Shown here piece after piece: positions 20,706 to 29,723 of a stretch of 64,000 nucleotides of DNA. Numbering within the stretch: the first letter of the stretch is position 1; the number at the start of each line of letters is the position of its first letter. This stretch comes from Anaerolineaceae bacterium (GTDB lineage Bacteria; Chloroflexota; Anaerolineae; Aggregatilineales; Phototrophicaceae), in contig WGMX01000003.1 of the NCBI GenBank assembly GCA_016124855.1, positions 19,765 to 83,764 on the forward strand, in the 5' to 3' direction. The notes under the pieces are model-generated. The model made no database searches, was not told the DNA's origin, and saw only the letters and a program-made list of their open reading frames with translations. The translations under genes and the position numbers were made by a program.

Positions 20706-20769
20706 GATTTATTCTTAGAAATCGGACACGACATACCGCGTCCCTACGAACAGGCTTGTATAACTAACT

Positions 20770-21717
20770 ATGTATTACACCATTCGTCATATCACCCGTT
20801 TCCGTTACAGTGCCCCCATTACCCAGAGTGTGATGGAAGTACGGATGCAGCCCAGAACCGAAAGCAACCAGCGCTGCCTCAGTTTTCAACTTTCAGTGAC
20901 ACCCTCGGCAAAAGTCCTGAATTATCGCGATTATTTAGGCAATGTCATCCACAACTTTGATGTTCCGGGGGAACATCGCACCTTGAGCATCATCGCCCAA
21001 TCGCAAGTGGAGGTGCGTCCGATAGCCGAACTGCCGGCGAGTATGCCAGCGGATGCGTGGGATAATCTCAGCAATAGCGAGTATGATATGCTCGTTCCCA
21101 GCCATTTTACGCACCCTACGCCGCTTCTAAGTGATTTGGCGGTCGAGCTCGATGTTCAACGACGGGATGATCCGCTTTCGCTGCTGCGTGAATTGACGGC
21201 ACGGATTTATGATGCCTTTGCTTATGTACCAGAAAGTACAGCAGTCGATTCACCGATTGATGATGCACTCAAAGCGCGGCAGGGCGTCTGCCAAGATTTC
21301 ACCCATATTATGTTGGCGCTGCTGCGTCCGTTAGGGATTCCGGCACGATACGTCAGCGGCTATCTTTATTCGCGCGAAGGCGGCACACGGTCAACACCGG
21401 GAGCCAGCCATGCATGGGTCGAGGCAATGTTACCTGATCTCGGTTGGATCGGGTTTGATCCCACGAACAATTTAATCGCGGATTACCGTCATATACGGGT
21501 GGCTGTCGGGCGAGATTATGAGGATGTGCCGCCGACGCGCGGTGTGTTTAAAGGCAAGGCTGAAACTGAACTCAGCGTCTCGGTTCATGTTAAGTTAGCG
21601 GATGAACCACCACCTGAAGACCCGCCGATACCGGCACATTGGGATACGTTAGGACTTGGCAATGAGCAGCCTACCGCCCAAGAGATATTCGAACAACAAC
21701 AGCAACAGCAGCAATGA
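20770..21717 (+). CDS. Transglutaminase-like protein with N-terminal beta domain and C-terminal poly-Gln
   Basis: GVCQDFTH, ARYVSGY, SHAWVE, GFDPTN (Cys-His-Asp triad), GRDYEDVPP. Confidence 0.92.
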   Translation: MYYTIRHITRFRYSAPITQSVMEVRMQPRTESNQRCLSFQLSVTPSAKVLNYRDYLGNVIHNFDVPGEHRTLSIIAQSQVEVRPIAELPASMPADAWDNLSNSEYDMLVPSHFTHPTPLLSDLAVELDVQRRDDPLSLLRELTARIYDAFAYVPESTAVDSPIDDALKARQGVCQDFTHIMLALLRPLGIPARYVSGYLYSREGGTRSTPGASHAWVEAMLPDLGWIGFDPTNNLIADYRHIRVAVGRDYEDVPPTRGVFKGKAETELSVSVHVKLADEPPPEDPPIPAHWDTLGLGNEQPTAQEIFEQQQQQQQ

Positions 21718-22568
21718 CGACTGAAAAAAGCGAGATGTGGTGCGCCACCCATCTGAACAATCTGGCGTTACTGAAGGCAACGTATACAACATACGCCTAC
21801 AAACGCCATTTCCACGATTATTTCGCCATTGGTGTAATCGAGGATGGCGTACAAACCTTTTCCTGTAACAGCGCTCAATATGTGAATCCGGCGGGCGGGA
21901 TTTTCATTATCCAACCGGGTGAGGCACATGATGGGCAATCAGCAACCGATACCAGTTTCACCTACAGCGTTTTTTATCCTCAAGTGGACGATTTCCAACG
22001 AATCGCCCACGAGATGGGAAGCAAATCCAGTGGATTACCAGCATTCAATCGGCCTGTGATTCAGGATAAAGCGCTGTCAAAACGGCTGCTGCATTTACAT
22101 CAGGTCTTGCGCCAAAATACACCACGCCTTGAACAGGACTCGGCATTCATCGATACCTTTGCCCAACTGCTTTATCGACATGCGGTTGACCATCCCCAAT
22201 TTGAAACGGTTCATAAAGAGAGCCAGACAGTCGCACGGCTGCGCAGCTATATCGAAGACCATTATGCCGATGACATACCGCTGAGTGACTTGGCCCGTTA
22301 TGCCAATTGGAGTCCGTTTTACCTGCTGCGGGTATTTCACCAAGAAGTCGGGCTGCCGCCTCACGCTTATCTCGAAAGTATCCGCATCCGCGCGGCACAG
22401 CGGCTTTTAGAAGGCGAAAGGCCGCTGGTTGATATTGCCTTCGAAACCGGTTTTTCCAGCCAAAGCCATTTTACGAACGCCTTCAAACGTTTCATCGGCA
22501 TCACACCGGGACGCTATAGAGCAATTTTTTGCAAGACGCGTGAGGATGATTTGACATACACTCACTGA
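21714..22568 (+). CDS. AraC-family transcriptional regulator with cupin sensor domain
   Basis: RHFHDYFAIG, PGEAH; C-terminal HTH GFSSQSHFTNAFKR. Confidence 0.9.
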   Translation: MTTEKSEMWCATHLNNLALLKATYTTYAYKRHFHDYFAIGVIEDGVQTFSCNSAQYVNPAGGIFIIQPGEAHDGQSATDTSFTYSVFYPQVDDFQRIAHEMGSKSSGLPAFNRPVIQDKALSKRLLHLHQVLRQNTPRLEQDSAFIDTFAQLLYRHAVDHPQFETVHKESQTVARLRSYIEDHYADDIPLSDLARYANWSPFYLLRVFHQEVGLPPHAYLESIRIRAAQRLLEGERPLVDIAFETGFSSQSHFTNAFKRFIGITPGRYRAIFCKTREDDLTYTH

Positions 22569-22586
22569 AATGACGTTTCAGGAGTA

Positions 22587-23009
22587 ATGTTTATGTCGAT
22601 GACGTTTGAGACCAAAATCGCGGTTGTCCTGCGCAGCGACCTCCAAGTGTGGCAAAAACTCAATGTGACAGCCTTCACCGTAAGCGGCATCGCGGGAACT
22701 GTGCCGGACATCATGGGCGAGAAGTACGAGGACGCTTCTGGCAACCGTTATCTGCCGATGCTCAAGCAGCCGGTGATGGTGTTCGAAGCGAATGCCGAGC
22801 AAATCCAGCGGGCTTATCTACGGGCGATGAAAGAGAACGTGGCTTTTAGCATCTTCACCGAGGATTTGTTCGCGACCGGCAACGATATTGATAATCGGGC
22901 GGCAGTGATTGCCAAACGCAGTGACGAACTCAAGCTGGTGGGGATGGCACTGCGCGAACGGAAGAAGCTGGTCGATAAGATTTTGGATGGGTTGAAGCTG
23001 CATAAGTAG
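22587..23009 (+). CDS. DUF2000-family protein
   Basis: KIAVVLRSDLQVWQKLNVTAFTVSGI, YEDASG..Y, QPVMV; commonly paired with AraC. Confidence 0.75.
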   Translation: MFMSMTFETKIAVVLRSDLQVWQKLNVTAFTVSGIAGTVPDIMGEKYEDASGNRYLPMLKQPVMVFEANAEQIQRAYLRAMKENVAFSIFTEDLFATGNDIDNRAAVIAKRSDELKLVGMALRERKKLVDKILDGLKLHK

Positions 23010-23207
23010 TACCAAGAGGCAAGTTACAAGTTGCAAGAAAGTACCGAGTACCGAGGAAAGCGTAAAGTCAGGTAGCCGGGAAGTCAATCGATTCAAAATG
23101 CTCCGCTTGTGACAATCAGTTTGTACTCAGAAAAGTCTAATAGTAGGTTAAACGTCAGGAACGGTTTAGCGTTGGATGGTGTATATTCTGCAAAAGGAGA
23201 AATCACC

Positions 23208-23651
23208 ATGAAACGAACCTTTTTAGTGACGTTTTTGGTAGTCGCCATTGTAACCTTCGTCAGCGCTAAGGGAACTGCTGACAAAATCACGATTATTACA
23301 CCAAATGGTCAAATCGTTGATTTACTAGATTCCAATCTTATCGAGCCGATTTCGATGGCAGCCCTCGAAAAATTCCCGAACAGCATTACCCAACCCAATG
23401 TCACTGGAAAAGGCTATGAACTGGCGCGCGCTTTCAAAAACGGAAGAACCTATCGCATCTTTGACCGTGTTCGCTATTTTCCGGCGGGTGATCACGGCTA
23501 TGTATTTTATGTCGGCATCGAAAACCGTTGGTCAGAATATGATGGGAAATGGTTCGAAGCCTCAGCACAAGGTGTGAAGGCGATGAACGGGATTATCAGC
23601 CAAATTCAGCCTGTTACATTCGCGAATCGATTGAGTGTGTGGGCGGAGTGA
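23208..23651 (+). CDS. Hypothetical exported protein
   Basis: RBS aaggag, ATG 23208, signal peptide MKRTFLVTFLVVAIV. Confidence 0.6.
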   Translation: MKRTFLVTFLVVAIVTFVSAKGTADKITIITPNGQIVDLLDSNLIEPISMAALEKFPNSITQPNVTGKGYELARAFKNGRTYRIFDRVRYFPAGDHGYVFYVGIENRWSEYDGKWFEASAQGVKAMNGIISQIQPVTFANRLSVWAE

Positions 23652-24713
23652 TTATTCAGGCCAATCAGGTTCAGGTGAGGGTTCGAGACCTAGCAAATCG
23701 CTCATCAACACGCCGCCTTCGTTGCGCTTGGGCAGGCGGCTCAGGTATCGCTCGGTGACCGCGACGTTGGAGTGACGCAGTAAGCGGCTGATTTTCTCGA
23801 TGGGTGTTCCGGCTTCTTCCAGCGCTCCAGCGACCGAACGGCGCAAGTCATGGGGCGCAACGTGTCCGATGCCGGCGACGCGGGCAGCTTCAGCGACGAT
23901 AAACCAGATACCGTCCGGTGTGACTGGCCCTTTACTGACATTGCCACCTTTCCATATTCTGCGAACAAGCGGTGAGCGCGGGTCAGGTGTGGTGGATAAT
24001 GGCTCGACAGCCTTGCCCCAACGCACGAGCAAGGTCATAGTGGCACGCGGCACGTCGATCATTGCCGTCTTGCGGCCTTTGCCATGCACCCGCAGCACAA
24101 CCCGATTGTTCTGCATCGACAAATCACCCCAACGGGCGTTCGCCAATTCATCACGGCGAAGTGCCATCGTACACAGCACCGACGTAATGACATGGTTGCG
24201 GAGTTCTTGATTATCTGATGTAGCGATGGCACGAGAGGCTGCGATTAAAAGTTTGATTTGTTCAGTCGATAACCAGCGACCGGGACGCTGCCCATCTTCG
24301 GCTTTGGGCGGACGCACATTCTTGAGGCTGGCGCTGGTATAGTCGTCCATCAATTCAGCTTCGGAGAGCAAACTGGCAAGGGTGATAATGGCGGCTTTAG
24401 CCTGTGTGATGCCCTGTTTGCCGTTACCTGCTTTTACGAGCTGCCCAAGCCATGCCCGCAGATGAGAAGCCGTGATGCTATCCAGCAGCACCGGAAGCGG
24501 AAGCATACTCATGCGCATGACACGCGCCTGACCTTCAGTGGGCTTCATACCAGCGATGTCCACCAGATACTGGTCGATCCAGCGGAAATAGGCACGCTGC
24601 GTATGCATACTGCTGGCACGTCCCGGAAGGAGCGCGGCGAAATTAAACGTTTTGTCCTGAAGTTCGTTTAGGGCAAGCGTGTTATTCGGCTGGCGGCGGG
24701 TTAAAGGTGGCAT
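23652..24713 (-). CDS. Tyrosine recombinase/integrase
   Basis: Catalytic set R (LRRDEL), K (GKGRK), HxxR (HDLRR), H (LRHS), Y (TERY). Confidence 0.9.
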   Translation of the reverse strand: MPPLTRRQPNNTLALNELQDKTFNFAALLPGRASSMHTQRAYFRWIDQYLVDIAGMKPTEGQARVMRMSMLPLPVLLDSITASHLRAWLGQLVKAGNGKQGITQAKAAIITLASLLSEAELMDDYTSASLKNVRPPKAEDGQRPGRWLSTEQIKLLIAASRAIATSDNQELRNHVITSVLCTMALRRDELANARWGDLSMQNNRVVLRVHGKGRKTAMIDVPRATMTLLVRWGKAVEPLSTTPDPRSPLVRRIWKGGNVSKGPVTPDGIWFIVAEAARVAGIGHVAPHDLRRSVAGALEEAGTPIEKISRLLRHSNVAVTERYLSRLPKRNEGGVLMSDLLGLEPSPEPDWPE

Positions 24714-24812
24714 GGGAAATACGTTTTTACCACAGAGACACAGAGAAAGAAGAGAAAGTTTTTGGGGAAAAGGAATACCTTTTCCCTATGTGCATCTCTG
24801 ATTTAGTCTGTA

Positions 24813-25064
24813 TTATTCTTTGGGTGGTGGGACGGGCAGTTGATCAGCAGGTGTATCTTTCCAACGCGCACCCTCTTCGACCAGCATGACCGGAAGGCCG
24901 TCGCGGATGGGATATTTGTAACCGGAGTCAGCACTCACTAACCAGCAGCCTTTGACCAATTCCAGCTTACCGGGGTCAGCCCCCTTATCAGTAAAATGGA
25001 CGGCGACCGGACAACGCAGAATTTCGAGCAATTTCGGATCAATCGGTGCAGCTACTTCGCTCAT
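24813..25064 (-). CDS. Trm112-family small protein
   Basis: LLEILRCP...YPIRDGLPVMLVEEG. Confidence 0.85.
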   Translation of the reverse strand: MSEVAAPIDPKLLEILRCPVAVHFTDKGADPGKLELVKGCWLVSADSGYKYPIRDGLPVMLVEEGARWKDTPADQLPVPPPKE

Positions 25065-25176
25065 AGCGATTTCCTCTATTTAGGTTCATCATTACGCTTC
25101 ACAGTATAATCGGTGGGCTGTAGACCGTCAATGCGAGTTGCGGCATAATCGGTTTATCAATTTTCAATAAGGAAAA

Positions 25177-25947
25177 GTGATGACAGTTGACTTCGGATTA
25201 ACGGCGAATGATTACGCGCGACATCGGGCTGGATTCCCCGAGTCGTTTTTCGAGCGTGGGGCGACTTTTGGTGTAGGGCTGGCAGGACAGAAAATCGTCG
25301 ATCTCGGCACAGGAACGGGAACACTGGCGCGAGGATTTGCAGGCCGAGGCTGCACGGTCATCGGGATTGACGCGGCGGCGAACATGTTGGAACAAGCCAA
25401 GCAGATGAGCGCAGCGGACGGTGTAACGGTTGAGTATCGCGTGGCAACGGCTGAGGCAACCGGTTTGCCGGATGTGTCCGCTGATGTGGTCAGCGCGGGA
25501 CAGTGCTGGCACTGGTTCGATGGTAATGCCGCCGCACGAGAATGCTATCGGCTGCTGCGTCGCAACGGCAAGGTAATCATCGGGCACTTCGATTGGATAC
25601 CACTCAAAGGGAATGTAGTCGAGGCAACCGAATCGCTGATCCAAGCCTATAATCCAGCGTGGAAGTTAGGCGGCGGCAGCGGCGTTTATCCGCTCTGGCC
25701 GCGACATCTGGCGGAAAACGGCTTTGTGAATCTCGAAATCTTCACTTATGACACCTTTCCGGTTTATTCGCACGAAGCATGGAGAGGACGAATTCGGGCC
25801 AGTGCCGGCATCGGGGCAAGTTTGCCGCCAGAAAAAGTAGCGGCCTTTGATACTGAATTAGCCGAAATTTTACGAACGCGTTTCCCTGATGATCCGATGC
25901 CAGTTCATCACCGCGTTTTTGCGTTGATCGGGCAAAAACCAGCATGA
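25177..25947 (+). CDS. Class I SAM-dependent methyltransferase
   Basis: VDLGTGTG, AGQCWHWFD. Confidence 0.88.
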   Translation: MMTVDFGLTANDYARHRAGFPESFFERGATFGVGLAGQKIVDLGTGTGTLARGFAGRGCTVIGIDAAANMLEQAKQMSAADGVTVEYRVATAEATGLPDVSADVVSAGQCWHWFDGNAAARECYRLLRRNGKVIIGHFDWIPLKGNVVEATESLIQAYNPAWKLGGGSGVYPLWPRHLAENGFVNLEIFTYDTFPVYSHEAWRGRIRASAGIGASLPPEKVAAFDTELAEILRTRFPDDPMPVHHRVFALIGQKPA

Positions 25948-26828
25948 GCATTCAGGTCTACAATGAAATCAATGAGGCCAATGCCGCTACAGGTTTTGAT
26001 GGACGAACGGATTTGCCTAATTTTTTCGTGTTCACGATAGAGGACACTTACCCAACTACGCGACAAGTGATGATGCCCTACACGTTCAACTTCTTTCAAG
26101 TGGCGTTATTGGAAAATTCCAGTGATGCCACATTGAACATGAATACCGAAATCGTGGCCGACTTGAACGACAGCCTGAGTTTTGCTTCCCCGGAGCATGT
26201 CTTAGCGTGGATTCGTGGAGAAGCGCAGCGCGGGTTTATCATTTATTTCAAGGCAGATTTTTTGGCACAGTATCCAATACCCGTGCAAGAGGCTTTTCCT
26301 TTTTTCCGGCTAACCGAATTGAATGTGGTGCGAGTAGGCAAAAGTGATAAGGCCCCTTTAAAAGATCATTTCAGCCGGCTGCACGATATGTTCCACAGCC
26401 CACATCCGTATCGGGTGCAAATCCTACAGGCATGGCTGTTGGCGCTGCTGTTTGATGGCAAACGCTTGTACGACGAGCAACAACAAAGAATCACGCAAGC
26501 ACCGGCTAAAAGCATCCTTACCTTTCGTTTTCAACAGTTCATTAACCAACACTATTTGACCTACAAAACCGTTGAAGCTTATGCCAAACTGCTCAACGTC
26601 TCAGCAGATTATTTGAGACAAAGTGTGAAAGCGGCGACCGGCAAGACAGCTCACAGTTTAGTTCAGGAACGGGTTCTGTTAGAAGCTAAAAAGCTGCTGA
26701 CCTATTCGGATTTAAACGTAGCGGAAATAGCGGATTATCTGGGGTATGCCGAACCAACCCACTTTGGGCGGCTATTCAGACGATCATACGGTGTAAGCCC
26801 GCTTGCGTGGCGACAACAAAACACCTAG
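25944..26828 (+). CDS. AraC-family transcriptional regulator
   Basis: C-terminal double HTH (AYAKLLNVSADYL; IADYLGYAEPTHFGRLF). Confidence 0.9.
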   Translation: MSIQVYNEINEANAATGFDGRTDLPNFFVFTIEDTYPTTRQVMMPYTFNFFQVALLENSSDATLNMNTEIVADLNDSLSFASPEHVLAWIRGEAQRGFIIYFKADFLAQYPIPVQEAFPFFRLTELNVVRVGKSDKAPLKDHFSRLHDMFHSPHPYRVQILQAWLLALLFDGKRLYDEQQQRITQAPAKSILTFRFQQFINQHYLTYKTVEAYAKLLNVSADYLRQSVKAATGKTAHSLVQERVLLEAKKLLTYSDLNVAEIADYLGYAEPTHFGRLFRRSYGVSPLAWRQQNT

Positions 26829-26952
26829 CCCCGAAAAACAGCGCACAAAACTCTGAAAATGGTCATCTTGTCTCGGAGATCGGTTATCGAGCCAACACCC
26901 ACGTATTTTATAGTGAGAATATCTGTTTTGTTTGATTGTAAGGAATACGAGC

Positions 26953-27678
26953 ATGGCTAAGATGATTGCATTGATAACTGGCGCAGGCAAAGGTATCGGC
27001 CTCGAGGTTGCTCGACAGCTCGGCCAAAAAGGATTTACGGTTATCCTAGGTGTGCGCGATCTAGCGAAGGGCGAAAGCGCAGCCGTACAACTCAAAGGTG
27101 AAGGATTGGATGTGGTCGCCAAAGTGGCGGATGTTGCAGATGATCACAGTGTGAAACAGCTTGCAAGTGCAATTGAAACAGATTATGGTCAACTGGATAT
27201 ATTGGTAAATAACGCGGCGGCTTATGTCGATTGGATGGAAACAGCTTCGACCGCCAAACTGGAAAGTGTGCTTACGGTTCTTGAAACCAACTTATTCGGC
27301 GCGTGGCGGATGACGCAGGCCTTACTGCCTCTCCTTCACAAAAGTCAACATCCACGCGTGGTGAATGTATCGAGCGGCGCAGGTTCACATGGTGAGATGC
27401 AGTTCGGCTTAACGACCAATAAAGGTGCATCTGCAAGTTATGGCATATCCAAAGCGGCACTTAACGCATTGACGGTAAAATTCGCGGTCGAGTTGGAAGG
27501 CACAGGTATTTTGGTCAACGCCGTTTGCCCCGGCTTGACGGCGACTGCCCCCGGAATGGAAGCGATGGGTGCGCGTCCGATACCGGAAGGCGCAGCCAGT
27601 GTCGTATGGGCGACGCTGCTACCGGACGACGGCCCCACAGGCGGCTTCTTTCGAGATGGTAAAACACTGCCGTGGTGA
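26953..27678 (+). CDS. Short-chain dehydrogenase (carbonyl reductase-like)
   Basis: TGAGKGIG, NNAA, YGISK, PDDGPTGGFF. Confidence 0.9.
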   Translation: MAKMIALITGAGKGIGLEVARQLGQKGFTVILGVRDLAKGESAAVQLKGEGLDVVAKVADVADDHSVKQLASAIETDYGQLDILVNNAAAYVDWMETASTAKLESVLTVLETNLFGAWRMTQALLPLLHKSQHPRVVNVSSGAGSHGEMQFGLTTNKGASASYGISKAALNALTVKFAVELEGTGILVNAVCPGLTATAPGMEAMGARPIPEGAASVVWATLLPDDGPTGGFFRDGKTLPW

Positions 27679-27679
27679 A

Positions 27680-28273
27680 ATGATGGCAAAAAAGACCGAA
27701 CCAGTAGAACAGTTTTATGCTAAAGACCGTGCAGAGTGGCGCGCGTGGTTGGCAGAACACCATGCTACATCGTCGGGCGTGTGGTTAATCTATTACAAGA
27801 AAGAGAGCGGTAAGCCGCGTGTAGCGTATGAAGAGGCGGTGGAAGAAGCGCTGTGCTTCGGCTGGGTGGACAGCCGCCCCAACTCGATTGACAATGAGCG
27901 TTACATGCAGCTTTTCTCGCCGCGCAAGCCAAAGAGTCCGTGGTCAAAAATCAACAAAGAACGTGTTGATCGTCTCATCGCAAACGGCTTGATGACGTCA
28001 GCTGGTTTGAAGAAAATCGAGGCAGCAATGGCCGATGGTTCATGGACTCGGTATGACGAAGTCGATGATTTGGCGATGCCTGACGATTTGAAAGCGGCAC
28101 TGGCAGCGGATGAAACAGCCAAAAAGTATTTTGAAGCCTTCAGCCCTTCATCGCAAAAAGTGATTTTGTGGTGGATTGCCAGTGCTAAACGTCCCGAAAC
28201 GCGGAGCAAACGCATTGAAGAAACAGTTCGCTTAGCGGCGCAAAATATCAAGGCCAATCATTACCGGCAGTGA
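27680..28273 (+). CDS. YdeI/OmpD-associated family protein
   Basis: WRAWLAEHH, AVEEALCFGWVDS, SPWSKINK, AKRPETRSKRI; start moved to the ATG just after the SDR stop. Confidence 0.88.
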   Translation: MMAKKTEPVEQFYAKDRAEWRAWLAEHHATSSGVWLIYYKKESGKPRVAYEEAVEEALCFGWVDSRPNSIDNERYMQLFSPRKPKSPWSKINKERVDRLIANGLMTSAGLKKIEAAMADGSWTRYDEVDDLAMPDDLKAALAADETAKKYFEAFSPSSQKVILWWIASAKRPETRSKRIEETVRLAAQNIKANHYRQ

Positions 28274-28277
28274 GCGA

Positions 28278-28730
28278 TCAAACAAGATTCTCAGCGGCTT
28301 GAATCGAGTCATAAGCGCTTTGAGCCCATTCACGAATACTCTCTACATAGTGATCGGCTCCCCGCGCAATCACATCGGTTGCGCGCATCGTCCATATGAC
28401 CGGATGCCCATAAGCGCCTTTGGAATCCGGTCGCGCAGTGATTTTCCAATCGCGATTTTTGGAGTTGACCTTTTCCTTCGTTCTGCGGCGGATTTCAGAT
28501 GGGGCTATGCCATCACGAACAAAAGCGGTCAGCAAGCCAATGCCATTTGCCAAACCATCCTGCGAATACAAGCTGGGATGCTGAAGGTGGTAGCACAAAA
28601 CCATCAGATGATGGACTTCCCAACGCGATGACTCTTCGTGTTCCCAGAACAACATCTGGTGGAAATCCGTTTCGCAGGTTTCCCCTTCCTGCCACATCAC
28701 GCCACATTCAGGACAAACGTTGGTTGCCAT
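28278..28730 (-). CDS. DUF5946-like hypothetical protein
   Basis: CPECG N-terminus; HHLMVLCYHLQHP; WA..W-type C-terminus. Confidence 0.6.
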   Translation of the reverse strand: MATNVCPECGVMWQEGETCETDFHQMLFWEHEESSRWEVHHLMVLCYHLQHPSLYSQDGLANGIGLLTAFVRDGIAPSEIRRRTKEKVNSKNRDWKITARPDSKGAYGHPVIWTMRATDVIARGADHYVESIREWAQSAYDSIQAAENLV

Positions 28731-28889
28731 GAAACTCCAATAGAAATACCTTTGAACCGCATAGACTTCATTTTAGAGGTTCACAAGGGTTCAATCAAGG
28801 TTTTATCGTCCGGTCATGTTTTGCAGTTCATAATAGTCCCCGCTACAATCTGCGCCTAAATATTTTCGCCCCAATTAGGAAGCCTCTCT

Positions 28890-29645
28890 ATGTCGGGAAC
28901 CCGCTTATTTTTTGCTGTTTGCCTATTGATTAGTGCTGTCGCCTTTTTGCTGGCGATTCCTTCTACTGCTCCAGAGAAAGCGATGCCGCCTGCGCCGGAT
29001 GTTGGCATGGGCGTTTGGCAAGAATATAAATGTGAAGGATGCCACACCCTTTATGGACAAGGTGGCAATTACGCGCCAGATTTGACGCACATCTATGCCA
29101 CGCGCGGCGGGGATTATCTGCGCGAATTTTTGCTTAATCCGGCGGCGTTCCATCCCGATCAACGCCAGATGCCGATGCTTGGACTAACCAAATCTGAGAG
29201 TGATAATCTGCTCGCGTTCCTGCAATGGGTCGGCGAACAACCCGCTGCCAACACTTGGCCGCCGCGTCCCATTAATGTCAGTGGTGGTGGCAGTTTGAAT
29301 GTACTGCCCGCCAACGCATCGACCACTATTTCAAGTGCCGCAAACAGTGCTGATCCAGTGGTGCGCGGTCAATATCTGTTTAGTAATGCACCCGCGATTT
29401 GCTCGACCTGCCATTCGCTGTCAGCCGATGTGGTGATCGTTGGGCCGTCGCTAGCAGGAATTGCCAACCGCGCAGGCAGTCGTGTAGCAGGCACAAGCGC
29501 CGAGGAATATCTGCGGAATTCGATTGTGCATCCAAGCGATTTCATTGTGCCGGGTTTCCAAGATGTGATGCAGAAGAACTTTGGCGACGTACTGACCAGC
29601 GACCAGATTAACGATCTGATTGCGTTCTTGATGACGCAGAAGTAG
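28890..29645 (+). CDS. Membrane-anchored diheme cytochrome c: NorC-like domain plus a second class I cytochrome c domain
   Basis: N-terminal TM; VWQEYKCEGCHTLYGQGGNYAPDL...RQMP...FLQW...WPP (NorC signature); second CSTCH with GPSL and a distal Met (DVMQ). Confidence 0.85.
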   Translation: MSGTRLFFAVCLLISAVAFLLAIPSTAPEKAMPPAPDVGMGVWQEYKCEGCHTLYGQGGNYAPDLTHIYATRGGDYLREFLLNPAAFHPDQRQMPMLGLTKSESDNLLAFLQWVGEQPAANTWPPRPINVSGGGSLNVLPANASTTISSAANSADPVVRGQYLFSNAPAICSTCHSLSADVVIVGPSLAGIANRAGSRVAGTSAEEYLRNSIVHPSDFIVPGFQDVMQKNFGDVLTSDQINDLIAFLMTQK

Positions 29646-29723
29646 AAAATAGTTGACAGGTATAAGTCAACAGATAAAGACAAATACGGATTAATCCCAG
29701 AGATAAAGAGAACACAGAGTTTT

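Noticed and set aside
21714-28730. Integron or prophage around the tyrosine recombinase
   Set aside because: No attC-like repeats, phage genes, tRNA target or recognisable IntI-specific insertion were seen.
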